From an uncultured Chloroflexia bacterium (GTDB taxonomy: Bacteria; Chloroflexota; Anaerolineae; JAAYZQ01), in NCBI GenBank assembly GCA_963700285.1, contig CAVOXA010000022.1:64001-128000 (forward strand): DNA of 64,000 nucleotides. The letters run 5' to 3'. Below the pieces are notes generated by a model. The model ran no database searches. It saw only the letters and a program-made list of their open reading frames with translations, and had not been told where the DNA came from. Positions 1 to 10,259 of this stretch are shown here, piece after piece (the first letter of the stretch is position 1; each line of letters opens with the position of its first letter). The position numbers and the translations under genes are program-made.

Positions 1-200
1 CTGGCGCACGTGTATTGTCGTCTGTGTCTGATAGCAAAAGACCCATGCACAAGGCACGGGCTCGAAGGGGAACCAGAACGTGAGGTGTTGCGCAGCCCAG
101 GTGGAGCGAGCCCAGCGGCTTGTACTCCTCCTGTCAGCCAACTCCCCTTCGAGTTGCCCACTCCTTGCGCACGCTGTGTTGCCAGCGCTTAATCCGACCT

Positions 201-229
201 ATTATACCCGATTCCCATGGAGAATGCAA
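201..229 (-). promoter_or_regulatory. Putative sigma70 promoter pointing out of the window's left edge
   Basis: Minus strand TTGCAT (229-224), 17-bp spacer, TATAAT (206-201). Confidence 0.55.
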
Positions 230-424
230 AACGCTGGATCGAAAAGGGGTAAGTCTGGCTTGTCCGCAAACGCACTGCGTCAAAGTGAGGATCGCAGTCT
301 GGAGAGATGTCTGCCGCCAGGGTGCCGACCTCAGCCCAAAGAAAGCTGACCGCTTTGGGCTGCCGTCCTCAAGTATTTGTCATAATCCTCGAGTACCTAT
401 ATTTATTATTGATGTTATTTTTAC

Positions 425-453
425 TTGACAAATCACCTGATTGGTGGTATACT
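425..453 (+). promoter_or_regulatory. Near-consensus sigma70 promoter with extended -10
   Basis: TTGACA (425-430), 17 bp, TGnTATACT (445-453); AT-rich UP-like tract at 398-424. Confidence 0.75.
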
Positions 454-626
454 TTTGGCAACGGATGGGAAACCCTGGCAGAATACCCCACAAGTCGCCT
501 GTACCGTCGCGAGACCGCAGCGTTGTTCCGGGGGTGGACGGCGCAACTGGCTTTCGCCCGCAACGCCCCATCACTGCGACTCGACACGAGTCGCATCCGG
601 TTCATCCGGAAAAGGAGATAGACACC

Positions 627-1058
627 ATGAACAAGATCGAGTACATCAGGACGGTCAACGACTGGACCAAGCCCTTCCGGAAAGACTACTACACGGAGGA
701 TTTCCAGTCGACCAACGCGCAGGGCACTCCCCCTATGGACAGGGATACGGTCTTGGCGATGCACGGGCTGATGAAGGCGGCCCTGCCTGACATCAGGACC
801 GTCATCGAAGAGATCAGAGAAGAAGGCGACGACGTCGTGCTAACCAGCCACTGGGCGGGCACATTCATCAACGACTTTGACCTATCGGTCATGGGCCTGG
901 GTGTCATCCCTGCCACGGGGAAAGCAGTCGTTTTTCCCACCAGCACCATCCGAATCAGCTTTGACGGTGACAAGATCAGCAGGATTGACCATCCGGCCAC
1001 CGGGCCGGATGCGGGCATGGCCGGTTTCGTCAAGGCGCTCGGCGTGGAGCTGGGGTAA
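627..1058 (+). CDS. SnoaL/ester cyclase-like (NTF2-fold) protein
   Basis: RBS AAGGAG before ATG 627; pattern AALPD..TVIEEI.EEGDDVV...W.GT....L..MG..IPATGK.V is typical of ester cyclase family proteins. Confidence 0.8.
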   Translation: MNKIEYIRTVNDWTKPFRKDYYTEDFQSTNAQGTPPMDRDTVLAMHGLMKAALPDIRTVIEEIREEGDDVVLTSHWAGTFINDFDLSVMGLGVIPATGKAVVFPTSTIRISFDGDKISRIDHPATGPDAGMAGFVKALGVELG

Positions 1059-1084
1059 GCATCTATGGGTCTATGCGGGCGGCC

Positions 1085-1230
1085 TTCTGAGAACAAGCTG
1101 GGGGCGGCCCAATGACAGCCAGGCAGCGTTAAAGGGTCCTGACTGGCCTTGTCTGATCAATGCCGTCGAGAGCGACGGTATTCCCAAGACAAACAATGCA
1201 GTGGAAATGGTGATCCGGAGATTCGAGGCA
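1085..1230 (+). mobile_element. Short transposase remnant (C-terminal DDE segment)
   Basis: Frame reads WPCLINAVESDGIPKTNNAVEMVIRRF, resembling the TNN-x-x-E-x-x-x-R catalytic-Glu helix of DDE transposases; no start codon, no ends seen. Confidence 0.4.
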
Positions 1231-1291
1231 AGTGCCCTCTACAACTGGCCGGCGCAGATGTCCCCAGCCTGTGACGGTTACGAGATCCGCT

Positions 1292-1320
1292 TTGCACTCC
1301 GACGCCGCCGGTGGTATAAT
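1292..1320 (+). promoter_or_regulatory. Putative sigma70 promoter of the caspase/TPR gene
   Basis: TTGCAC, 17 bp, TGnTATAAT. Confidence 0.65.
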
Positions 1321-1393
1321 GCAACGCGTACCCAGCGACGGCGACACATCGGCCCTTCAATGACGAGTGCCAAAGCGTGACGGGGAGGCGCCT

Positions 1394-4300
1394 ATGACCG
1401 AAGAGACCGGTAGCCAGCCCAGCAGCGAGCCAGGAACCCGCAAACTCAGGCCCGTGATCCCTGCCTCCGACTATGCCCTCAGGGACCGCTGGGCCATCGT
1501 TGTCGGCATCTCCCGCTACCAGAACGAGCGCTGGAACCTCAAATACGCCCACCGTGACGCGGAGATGTTCTACGATCTGATCCGCAAGCCATCCGGCGGC
1601 GGATTTCTGGAGGATCACGTCGTCAAGCTCATCGACGAAGAGGCCACCACCCGCAGCGTGACGCGAGCCCTGCGCGGTTTCCTGCAAAAGCCGGCAAAAG
1701 AGGACGTCGTACTCCTCTATTTTGCCTGTCACGGCGCGCCGGACCCCAACAGACCCGAGAACGTCTATGTCATCACCCACGATACCGATCCCAAAGACAT
1801 CCCCGGCACCGCGCTGCCCATGCGCGAGATCCATCTTTCGCTCCAAGAGAACCTGGCGGCCGAACGTACCATCATCATTATGGACGCCTGCCACTCGGGT
1901 GTTATCGGCGAGGGACGTAGGGCCGCCGACGAGACCGCATCGGTGAACCGCTATCTGCAAAGTCTGGGCGACATGCAGGCCGGCCTGGGCCTGCTCACCT
2001 CGGCGCGTTCCAACGAGACGTCGCAGGAGGATGCCCGGTGGGGCGACGGCCACGGGGTCTTTACCTACTATCTCCTCGAGGGCATGCGCGGCGAGGCGGA
2101 CCGCAATCCCAAGAACGGCATCGTCACTGTCGGCGAGCTTTTTGAATACGTCCGGGAAGAGGTGCGCAAGGCAACCGGGCACCAGCAGCACCCCTTTACC
2201 GGACCCGGCCCCGTCTTTGACTGGCCCATGGCCTGGACCGGCGGTCGTTCGGCCCAGGAACACCTGCAGCTTGGCCAATCCCTCTTTGAATTGGGCACGT
2301 TGACGGACGACAAGAGTGTTTTCGATTCAGCAGGCCGGCAGTTTGCCGAGGCCCTGCACTTTGCCCGCCTGGATGGCGTAGCGCTGCCCGAGGCGAACCT
2401 GGGCCGCGGCCGGGCGTTGCTGGCCGCAGGCCGGAACGTCGAGGCCCTCGCAGAGCTGGACAAGGCCATTGCCGGGGACGCCGAGGGCGCCCATGTCCGG
2501 GCCAACTTCTACCGGGGTGTGGCCTTTGCCCGGGAGGGGGATCGCCAGGAGGCGGCCGCGGAGCTGGAGGCGTTCTCCGCAGGAGCTCCGGGTGACGAGT
2601 TTGCCCCTTGGGCAGAAGAGTATTCCGCCTGGCTGCGCCAGATCGGCGGCGGCAAGAGGACCGCTCTGCTCATCGGCGTCAACACGTATGCCAGGGCCAA
2701 ACCGTTGAGCGATTTGCGGGGTTGCGTTAACGATGTAGAGCAGCTGTCGGCAGTGCTCCAGGCGCGATTTGGGTTTGACAAAGCCGGCATCACCCGGCTA
2801 ACCGACGCCCGGGCGACATATCAGGGGATCGTCGAGGCGTTGGAGCATCTGGTTGAGACGGCCACTCCCTACGACTCGGTCCTGGTCTTCTTCAGCGGCC
2901 ACAGCCGGCCCGGAGACTCGCCACACTATCTCATCGTCCACGACACTGTCATCGAGTCGTCTGAGGCATATCGAGATCACAAATTCAAGCTGGCCATCGG
3001 CGCCCAAGAGCTGCACGATCTCATGAACCGCATCCCCACCAAGCACAAGACCCTCATCCTCGATACGCATCCCAACTTGCGCTTCCTGGATTTGGCCCGC
3101 CGTGAGGGCAACTATGCCCTTTTCGTAGCCAGTTCGGAGGAGAGGGTCTTTGAGCATACCCTGGAACTCGATGGCGAGCGGATCCAAATGGGTGTGTTCA
3201 CCTGGAGTCTGGTGGGACAGCTCATGGCCCTGGATGCCAGGACGACCTATCACGATTTGGTGTACCCTGTCCGTGAGGTTGTGCAGAAACACCAACCCCA
3301 GCAGACGCCCGAGTTCATCGGCCGCCGGGAGCGGCGTGTTTTTGCCGAGGCCGATGACTATCTCGGCGCCCTGGATTTCGCCCTTCGACGCAGCTACGGC
3401 GCCTTTGCATTGGAGGACGTCCGCGCTCGCTACGCTCGCTACTGCCAACAGGTAGATGGCTCGATGCCCGCCCTGCACGAGAGCTTTGGCCGCGCCTTCC
3501 TGGAAAAAGAGGTCTATGGCCAGGCCGTCGAGGCCCTGCAAACCTGCATCGACCAGCGAGGGACGGCGTCGCCCGTCGAGGGCCTGGTCCTGGGCCTGGC
3601 TCTGGTTGGTGCATGTCGCTACGCGGATGCTTTGCCCTATCTCGCTGCTTTTGCCAAAGCCGCCCCAGAGTCTGCGGATCTGGTCTCCAAGGCGACCGGC
3701 ATCGTCGAGGCCCTGCAGGCCGGGCGCAAGGCGGCGCTGCTGGTGGGTATCGACAACTATGCCAGCCCCGATATCCCCCCGTTGCTGGGTGCTCGCAATG
3801 ACGTTGCCGCCCTGCGCGAGACGCTGCTGGAACGCTTTGGTCTGCGTCCGGACGAGGTCGTGGTGCTGCTGGACGGAGATGCGACCAGGCAGGGCATCCT
3901 TGAAGCTTTCGAGCAACTGGTCGAATGCGCCCGCAACGTGCCGTCATTCTTCTACTTTGCCGGCCGCGGCTCGGCGGACGATGAAGACCGGCCTGCCCTG
4001 GTCAGCGCCGATGGGCGGCAGCCAGGCGTGTATGACATCCTCCTGGAAGAGCTGGCACATAGGATTCCTCAAGAGTCCAATCTGGTGACAATCTTGGACG
4101 CAGGCTGGCAGTGCAACGGCGGTGCGGAGGGTCGCTCCCTGGCCAGAGACCGGCGTGCAAGGTCGGATGGACGTGATATCTCATTCGTTCCCACGATCGT
4201 CGAGCGGGATGCCAGAAAATACAGGGTTCCGCTTGGCCGGGCGTCGATCTATGAGGGGTCAGTGACCTTCTCGCATTACAAAGCCTCCGGCGAGATTCTC

Positions 4301-4984
4301 GGTCCTCAAGGTAGTGCCCTGGAGGGGGTGCATGGGGTGATGACAGCCGCGCTAGTCTCGGCGCTTTCTGAGGCCGGCTCGGAAAGCCTGTCCGTTGCCC
4401 AATTGTCGGAGGCCATGTCTGCGGGATTCGACGACGACCGGCTCATCCCCATGGTGTTGGGTGAGGCGACCAATGCGCCATTGTTCGATCCTGAGCCTAA
4501 CCACCAGACCATCTATGTCCTCGCCGCCAGGGCAGAGCACCAGCCCGTACGCAAGACGGCTGAACGACTGCGCATCCTCATTGAGCGCAACGGGGATGTC
4601 TATCCCGAGGGCTACCTCAACCTGGGCATTGCCTACGCATTCTTGGGTGAGCACGATCGGGCCATTGCCGCCCTGGAAAAAGCCATCGTCCAGCAGGACC
4701 CCTACCCGGAGGCTCACTATTACCTGGGCCGGACCCTTGTCGAGGCCGGCCGCGATGCCGCCCGGGCCGTCAGCGAGCTGCGCGAGGCCATCGAACAAGA
4801 GGAACCGGGGAACGCGAACGTGGCTACCCGCTACTATCTGGGCCGGGCGCTTCGGGCCTTTGTCGAGCAGGATATCCTCGTCGAGGCCGAAGGGGCCTAC
4901 CGTGACTATCTGGCCGGCGGCGCGCCCCTGGGCCACGAGGCGGAGGTACAGGAGTTTCTCGAGCATAGATATGATACCGTGTGA
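1394..4984 (+). CDS. Multi-caspase (peptidase C14) domain protein with TPR repeats
   Basis: Three repeats of the A(L/I)(L/V)(V/I)G(I/V)xxY...L..A/C..D opening. Domain 1 has FACHG and DACHSG; domain 2 FSGHS and LDTH; domain 3 FAGRG and LDAG. TPR-like helices (YLNLGIAYAFLG..DRAIAALEKAI, AHYYLGRTL) lie between and after them. RBS GGAGG before ATG 1394. Confidence 0.88.
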   Translation: MTEETGSQPSSEPGTRKLRPVIPASDYALRDRWAIVVGISRYQNERWNLKYAHRDAEMFYDLIRKPSGGGFLEDHVVKLIDEEATTRSVTRALRGFLQKPAKEDVVLLYFACHGAPDPNRPENVYVITHDTDPKDIPGTALPMREIHLSLQENLAAERTIIIMDACHSGVIGEGRRAADETASVNRYLQSLGDMQAGLGLLTSARSNETSQEDARWGDGHGVFTYYLLEGMRGEADRNPKNGIVTVGELFEYVREEVRKATGHQQHPFTGPGPVFDWPMAWTGGRSAQEHLQLGQSLFELGTLTDDKSVFDSAGRQFAEALHFARLDGVALPEANLGRGRALLAAGRNVEALAELDKAIAGDAEGAHVRANFYRGVAFAREGDRQEAAAELEAFSAGAPGDEFAPWAEEYSAWLRQIGGGKRTALLIGVNTYARAKPLSDLRGCVNDVEQLSAVLQARFGFDKAGITRLTDARATYQGIVEALEHLVETATPYDSVLVFFSGHSRPGDSPHYLIVHDTVIESSEAYRDHKFKLAIGAQELHDLMNRIPTKHKTLILDTHPNLRFLDLARREGNYALFVASSEERVFEHTLELDGERIQMGVFTWSLVGQLMALDARTTYHDLVYPVREVVQKHQPQQTPEFIGRRERRVFAEADDYLGALDFALRRSYGAFALEDVRARYARYCQQVDGSMPALHESFGRAFLEKEVYGQAVEALQTCIDQRGTASPVEGLVLGLALVGACRYADALPYLAAFAKAAPESADLVSKATGIVEALQAGRKAALLVGIDNYASPDIPPLLGARNDVAALRETLLERFGLRPDEVVVLLDGDATRQGILEAFEQLVECARNVPSFFYFAGRGSADDEDRPALVSADGRQPGVYDILLEELAHRIPQESNLVTILDAGWQCNGGAEGRSLARDRRARSDGRDISFVPTIVERDARKYRVPLGRASIYEGSVTFSHYKASGEILGPQGSALEGVHGVMTAALVSALSEAGSESLSVAQLSEAMSAGFDDDRLIPMVLGEATNAPLFDPEPNHQTIYVLAARAEHQPVRKTAERLRILIERNGDVYPEGYLNLGIAYAFLGEHDRAIAALEKAIVQQDPYPEAHYYLGRTLVEAGRDAARAVSELREAIEQEEPGNANVATRYYLGRALRAFVEQDILVEAEGAYRDYLAGGAPLGHEAEVQEFLEHRYDTV

Positions 4985-5077
4985 CGAACACAATCGCGTG
5001 CCAGATGCAGGATCGCGCGTGACAAGTGCAATGTCGGTTGGGTCTGATTTGGCGTGACTATCACAGAGAGGTGAAAA

Positions 5078-6503
<1,426 letters not shown>

Positions 6504-6513
6504 ATGCCGGCAT

Positions 6514-7890
6514 TCAGACCTCCCGGTCCTTCCATTTTCCGCGCTTGAACCAGGCGGCAAAAACCAGACCGTTGGCCATGTTGGCCGCTGCCCGCCCCAG
6601 CCAGATACCCAACAGACCGAGCCCGGCAATCTGGGCCAGTCCGTAGGCCAGGGGGACTTCTAGGATCCACAACGTGAGCAGGTTTATAGTCATGGGCGGT
6701 ATCGTGTTCCCGGCGCCGGCAAAGCCCCGCGACAGTACCACGCCGATGCTGTTGAGTACCAGGGAGGGGGCGATGATCCGGGCGCATTGGGTGCCGATAG
6801 CCACAACCTCGGGGGTGGGGTCAAAGATCGCGATGAGGCTGGGTGCAAAAACAAAAATAAAGGCCGCTACTGCGACCATGTAGGCGCTCGAGTAGCCGCT
6901 GACCCACCAGGCGCTGCGCTCTGCCCTGACGGGCTTGTGGGCTCCCAGGTTCTGGCCGACCAGCGTGCCCGCTACATTGCCCAGGCCAAAACAGGGGATG
7001 AGGGCGATCATGAGCAGCCTGTTGGCCACGCCGTACCCGGCGATGGCATAGGTCCCGTACAGGCCAACCAGCCACATGATGGCCAATCGCGAGGAGGAGC
7101 GCAGTGTCATCTGTATTGTGCTGGGCAAGGCAATCCGTATGACGCGGCCTATCAGGGGAAAGTCCGGCCTCATGTCGCGCAAGCTGAGCCGCAGCCTGGA
7201 CTTGCCGCGCAGCAGGATCACCAGTTGCAGGATCAGGCCTACCCCATAGCCCAGGGCAAAGGCCAGGGCCGAACCGGCCACACCCAATCCAGGAAAGGGC
7301 CCCACTCCGACAATGAGCAGGGGTTGGAGTACCACGGTCGTCGCTGTGGCCAGAAAGAGGACGTTCATGGCCAGCCGGGCCTCGCCGGCCCCCCGCAGCA
7401 TGGCGTTGATGACAAAGACCAGGACCATCGTGGATAGCCCGCAGAAAGCCACCCGCAGGTAGCTCATGCCCAGGGGAAGTACCTCGGCATCGGCGCCCAA
7501 TAGCGTCAGAAGCGGGCGGGCCAGCACCAGGCCCAGGGCCCCGATGGTCAACGAAAGCATCAGCGCCAGCAGGATCACCTGCGCGGCGGCGTGTTCCGCC
7601 GCAACCGCATCCCTTTCCCCGGTGCGCCGGGCCACCACCGCCATACCCCCGATGCCCAGCCCGTTGGACATGCTGTTGAGCACCCAGCGCACGGTCATGC
7701 TGATGGTCACGGCCGCCAGCGCCGCCGAGCCCAGCCGGCCCACCCAGTAGGCGTCTAGCAATTGGGAGATGTTGAGGACGGCGGTTTCCAGCACCATGGC
7801 CGGCGCCAGGGCCCAGATAGCGCGCTGGATGCTGCCGCTGGTCAGATCACGGTCCGGCGCTGGGCCAGCCTGGGGGGTTTTTGCCATCAT
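6514..7890 (-). CDS. MATE family efflux transporter
   Basis: RDLTSGSI..AIW.LA.P, D..WVGRLG..ALAA, LRGAGE, VGQNLGA, C-terminal FKRGKWK; about 12 hydrophobic segments. Confidence 0.92.
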   Translation of the reverse strand: MMAKTPQAGPAPDRDLTSGSIQRAIWALAPAMVLETAVLNISQLLDAYWVGRLGSAALAAVTISMTVRWVLNSMSNGLGIGGMAVVARRTGERDAVAAEHAAAQVILLALMLSLTIGALGLVLARPLLTLLGADAEVLPLGMSYLRVAFCGLSTMVLVFVINAMLRGAGEARLAMNVLFLATATTVVLQPLLIVGVGPFPGLGVAGSALAFALGYGVGLILQLVILLRGKSRLRLSLRDMRPDFPLIGRVIRIALPSTIQMTLRSSSRLAIMWLVGLYGTYAIAGYGVANRLLMIALIPCFGLGNVAGTLVGQNLGAHKPVRAERSAWWVSGYSSAYMVAVAAFIFVFAPSLIAIFDPTPEVVAIGTQCARIIAPSLVLNSIGVVLSRGFAGAGNTIPPMTINLLTLWILEVPLAYGLAQIAGLGLLGIWLGRAAANMANGLVFAAWFKRGKWKDREV

Positions 7891-8009
7891 CGACTCGATA
7901 GGATCCCTTCGTTGGACGGCTCGGTTTGTCTGCCTATCCTATATCCTATCACAGGCTGCCTGAATATGCAAGCTCGGGCCGTGTCTAAAGTCTCGGAGCC
8001 CCAGATCGG

Positions 8010-8166
8010 AGTTGCCGTACTCGGCAGGGTACAGGTACCTTCCTCCTGGTCACTGCCACTCTTGTCCGTGACGGTGTACTCGCCGCCGGTGATGGCACAG
8101 AAGCGGGCTGCCTGCGTGACATAACCGGTGACCTTGATGCCACCCACCGGGCATTCGCCCCGCATT
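8010..8166 (-). pseudogene. Fragment of a Cys-rich DUF333-like secreted protein
   Basis: MRGECPVGGIKVTGYVTQAARFCAITGGEYTVT...EEGTCTLP resembles a DUF333 repeat; no signal peptide or N-terminus. Confidence 0.45.
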
Positions 8167-8206
8167 CCTTCTCTCTGAGATCGGAACTTTGAACTCGCCC
8201 GGCACA

Positions 8207-8241
8207 TAGATGGGTCCAGTTTTTGAAACTGGACCCATCTA
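8207..8241. repeat. Perfect 16-bp-stem palindrome (REP-like / terminator)
   Basis: TAGATGGGTCCAGTTT-TTG-AAACTGGACCCATCTA, just past the stop of 8251-8808. Confidence 0.85.
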
Positions 8242-8250
8242 CGTACTGTG

Positions 8251-8808
8251 TCACTTCCCGCTTCTCTGTGCGCAATTGAGGGTTACGGTGTACAACTGCT
8301 GCGCCGGCTCAAGTTGGCAGCTCGCGATGGGCTGGTCTTGCGGGCAGCCGGCGTCGGGCGACGGCTGCCAGTTGGCGGCTGCCAGGCAAACCCGATCGCC
8401 CTGGCGAAAGCCGGAGGCCATGCCGGTGGGGCCGCCGGCGGCGAGCTGTTGGTCTTCCTGCCAACCCTGTCCCTCCAGCACCACGGCCAGCGCTTCCACG
8501 GCGGCCTGGGGGCTCTCAAAGTTCTCCCCGTTGCCGGTGGCTGTCGCCTGGCAGCCGGTGCCCGATTCGCCGCTGCCCGGCTCGGTGAATGGGACCTGGT
8601 CGTTCGACACGTCCATGCTCAAAGCCTGCGATGCCGCGTGCGCCAGAGCAGCGCACGCGTCCGGGCTGAGGGGTTGCCAGGCAGATCCCGTCGTGCCCGG
8701 TGTGGGCATGCCTGTGGCTTCCGGCTCTGGGGATGCCGCCGATGCGCAAGCTGCTACCAAGAGGACAACTACCATCAGGACCGTTACAGATTGGATCAGA
8801 AACTTCAT
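8251..8808 (-). CDS. Putative lipoprotein, Cys-containing
   Basis: Hydrophobic N-terminus with lipobox LVAA-C; RBS GAGGTG; several periplasmic-type Cys residues. Confidence 0.75.
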   Translation of the reverse strand: MKFLIQSVTVLMVVVLLVAACASAASPEPEATGMPTPGTTGSAWQPLSPDACAALAHAASQALSMDVSNDQVPFTEPGSGESGTGCQATATGNGENFESPQAAVEALAVVLEGQGWQEDQQLAAGGPTGMASGFRQGDRVCLAAANWQPSPDAGCPQDQPIASCQLEPAQQLYTVTLNCAQRSGK

Positions 8809-8929
8809 GGTTCACACCTCTCTGGGAAGTCGGCCGGAGTTTCAGCTTGCAGCATGTGTGGCGAAAGGTTGAGAGTCTGCCGACAGAGAATCTGTTATTC
8901 TCCTCATTCGTTGTCGTATCGCCGAGCGT

Positions 8930-10168
8930 CTAGTGCCCTGGTGGTGGCCCCTCTGGCACCTCCGGCTCTGGGACAAACAGCGCGATCACGGCCACCGACA
9001 CCGCCGCCAGGGCCGCCAGCATCCAGGCCCCGGCCAGGATCCCGGACAGGTCCACGATCTGGCCCACGATAATCGGAAACAGCGCTGCCCCCAGACCGAT
9101 GGAGGTCAGGAACACGCCGGCCAGGATGCCCGCGTTCCCGGGGTTGACGCCTGGCTGCATCTGTCCCACGCCCATGGAGATGCCCATGACCGGGGCCATG
9201 GTCAGGCCGAACAGAAAGCTCAACAGGGCAGCCAGGGCCACCGACCCGCCTGATACGGGTGCATAGAACGTGGCCATGAAAAAGATCGGCGCCAGGACCG
9301 CGCAGACCAGCATTGTGATTCGGGTCTTGCCTTTGGCAAAGGCCAGCGGCGGCACCACGAACGAGCCCACCGTGCCTCCCACCAGGGCCAGCCCGGCGAT
9401 CACGCCGGCCACGGGAGGCGCCACGCCCTTGGCAATGAGCATGGGCGGCACGACAGCCGGCGCCACGGCCAGCGAGCCCACCGTAGCAAAGACCGTGTAC
9501 TGCAGCGCGCCGCTGGCACGGTTCATCGTCTGGCGGATGCCCTGGCCGATGCTGGCCGGTTCGAAGGGCGGCCGGGGTTCGGGAGGAACCTGCGGCCGTG
9601 GCTTGAGCAGGATCCAGGCCAGGATCGCAATCACGATGGCGATAATGCCATAGGTCAGCCACGTCGCTGGCCAGCCGAAAGCTGCCAGGAAGGGGATGGC
9701 TGTCAGCGAGCCGACGGCCTGGCCGGCCAGAAAACCCACCGGCCACAGGCTATTGGCCAGCCCGATCTCCCTGCCTGGGAACCAGGTGGCCGCTAGGTTG
9801 CCCACAGGGGCAAAAATGATGCCCCAGCCCACGGCGGCGATGACCGTGTACAGCAGAAACAGCCCATATTCGTCCGCCGTGCTGCGCAGCAGGAAGCCCA
9901 GTGCCAGCAGCGTGGCGCCCAAGGCCACCGGTGGTTTGAAACCCACCTTGCCCGAAGCCCAGCCCGTGGGGATCGACAGCAGCATCTGGGCCAGGCCAAA
10001 GACCGAGATCAGCAGGCTAGCCGCGGTGAAGGCGATGGACCAGCGGTGGGCCATCGTGTCCAGCAACGGCGCCGCGGCCAGAAAGCCCATCCCGGCCACA
10101 AAAGTGACCAGCGTAAAGACTGCCAGGTTCACCCAGCGGTAGCCGAATACTTTGTACTCCTTGTCCAT
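8930..10168 (-). CDS. MFS transporter
   Basis: YKVFGYRW N-terminus, motif-A-like GWASGKVGFK, ATWFPGREIGLAN; about 12 TM segments. Confidence 0.9.
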   Translation of the reverse strand: MDKEYKVFGYRWVNLAVFTLVTFVAGMGFLAAAPLLDTMAHRWSIAFTAASLLISVFGLAQMLLSIPTGWASGKVGFKPPVALGATLLALGFLLRSTADEYGLFLLYTVIAAVGWGIIFAPVGNLAATWFPGREIGLANSLWPVGFLAGQAVGSLTAIPFLAAFGWPATWLTYGIIAIVIAILAWILLKPRPQVPPEPRPPFEPASIGQGIRQTMNRASGALQYTVFATVGSLAVAPAVVPPMLIAKGVAPPVAGVIAGLALVGGTVGSFVVPPLAFAKGKTRITMLVCAVLAPIFFMATFYAPVSGGSVALAALLSFLFGLTMAPVMGISMGVGQMQPGVNPGNAGILAGVFLTSIGLGAALFPIIVGQIVDLSGILAGAWMLAALAAVSVAVIALFVPEPEVPEGPPPGH

Positions 10169-10201
10169 GGTACTCCTCTCTCTCCCCCTTCCCTACCATC
10201 T

Positions 10202-10235
10202 AGACCTCGGAGGTTTGGGAAAACCTCCGAGGTCT
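10202..10235. repeat. Extragenic palindrome (AGACCTCGGAGGT family)
   Basis: AGACCTCGGAGGTTT-GGGA-AAACCTCCGAGGTCT. Confidence 0.8.
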
Positions 10236-10259
10236 GGTTCGTCGAGGGGTCTATCTCGG

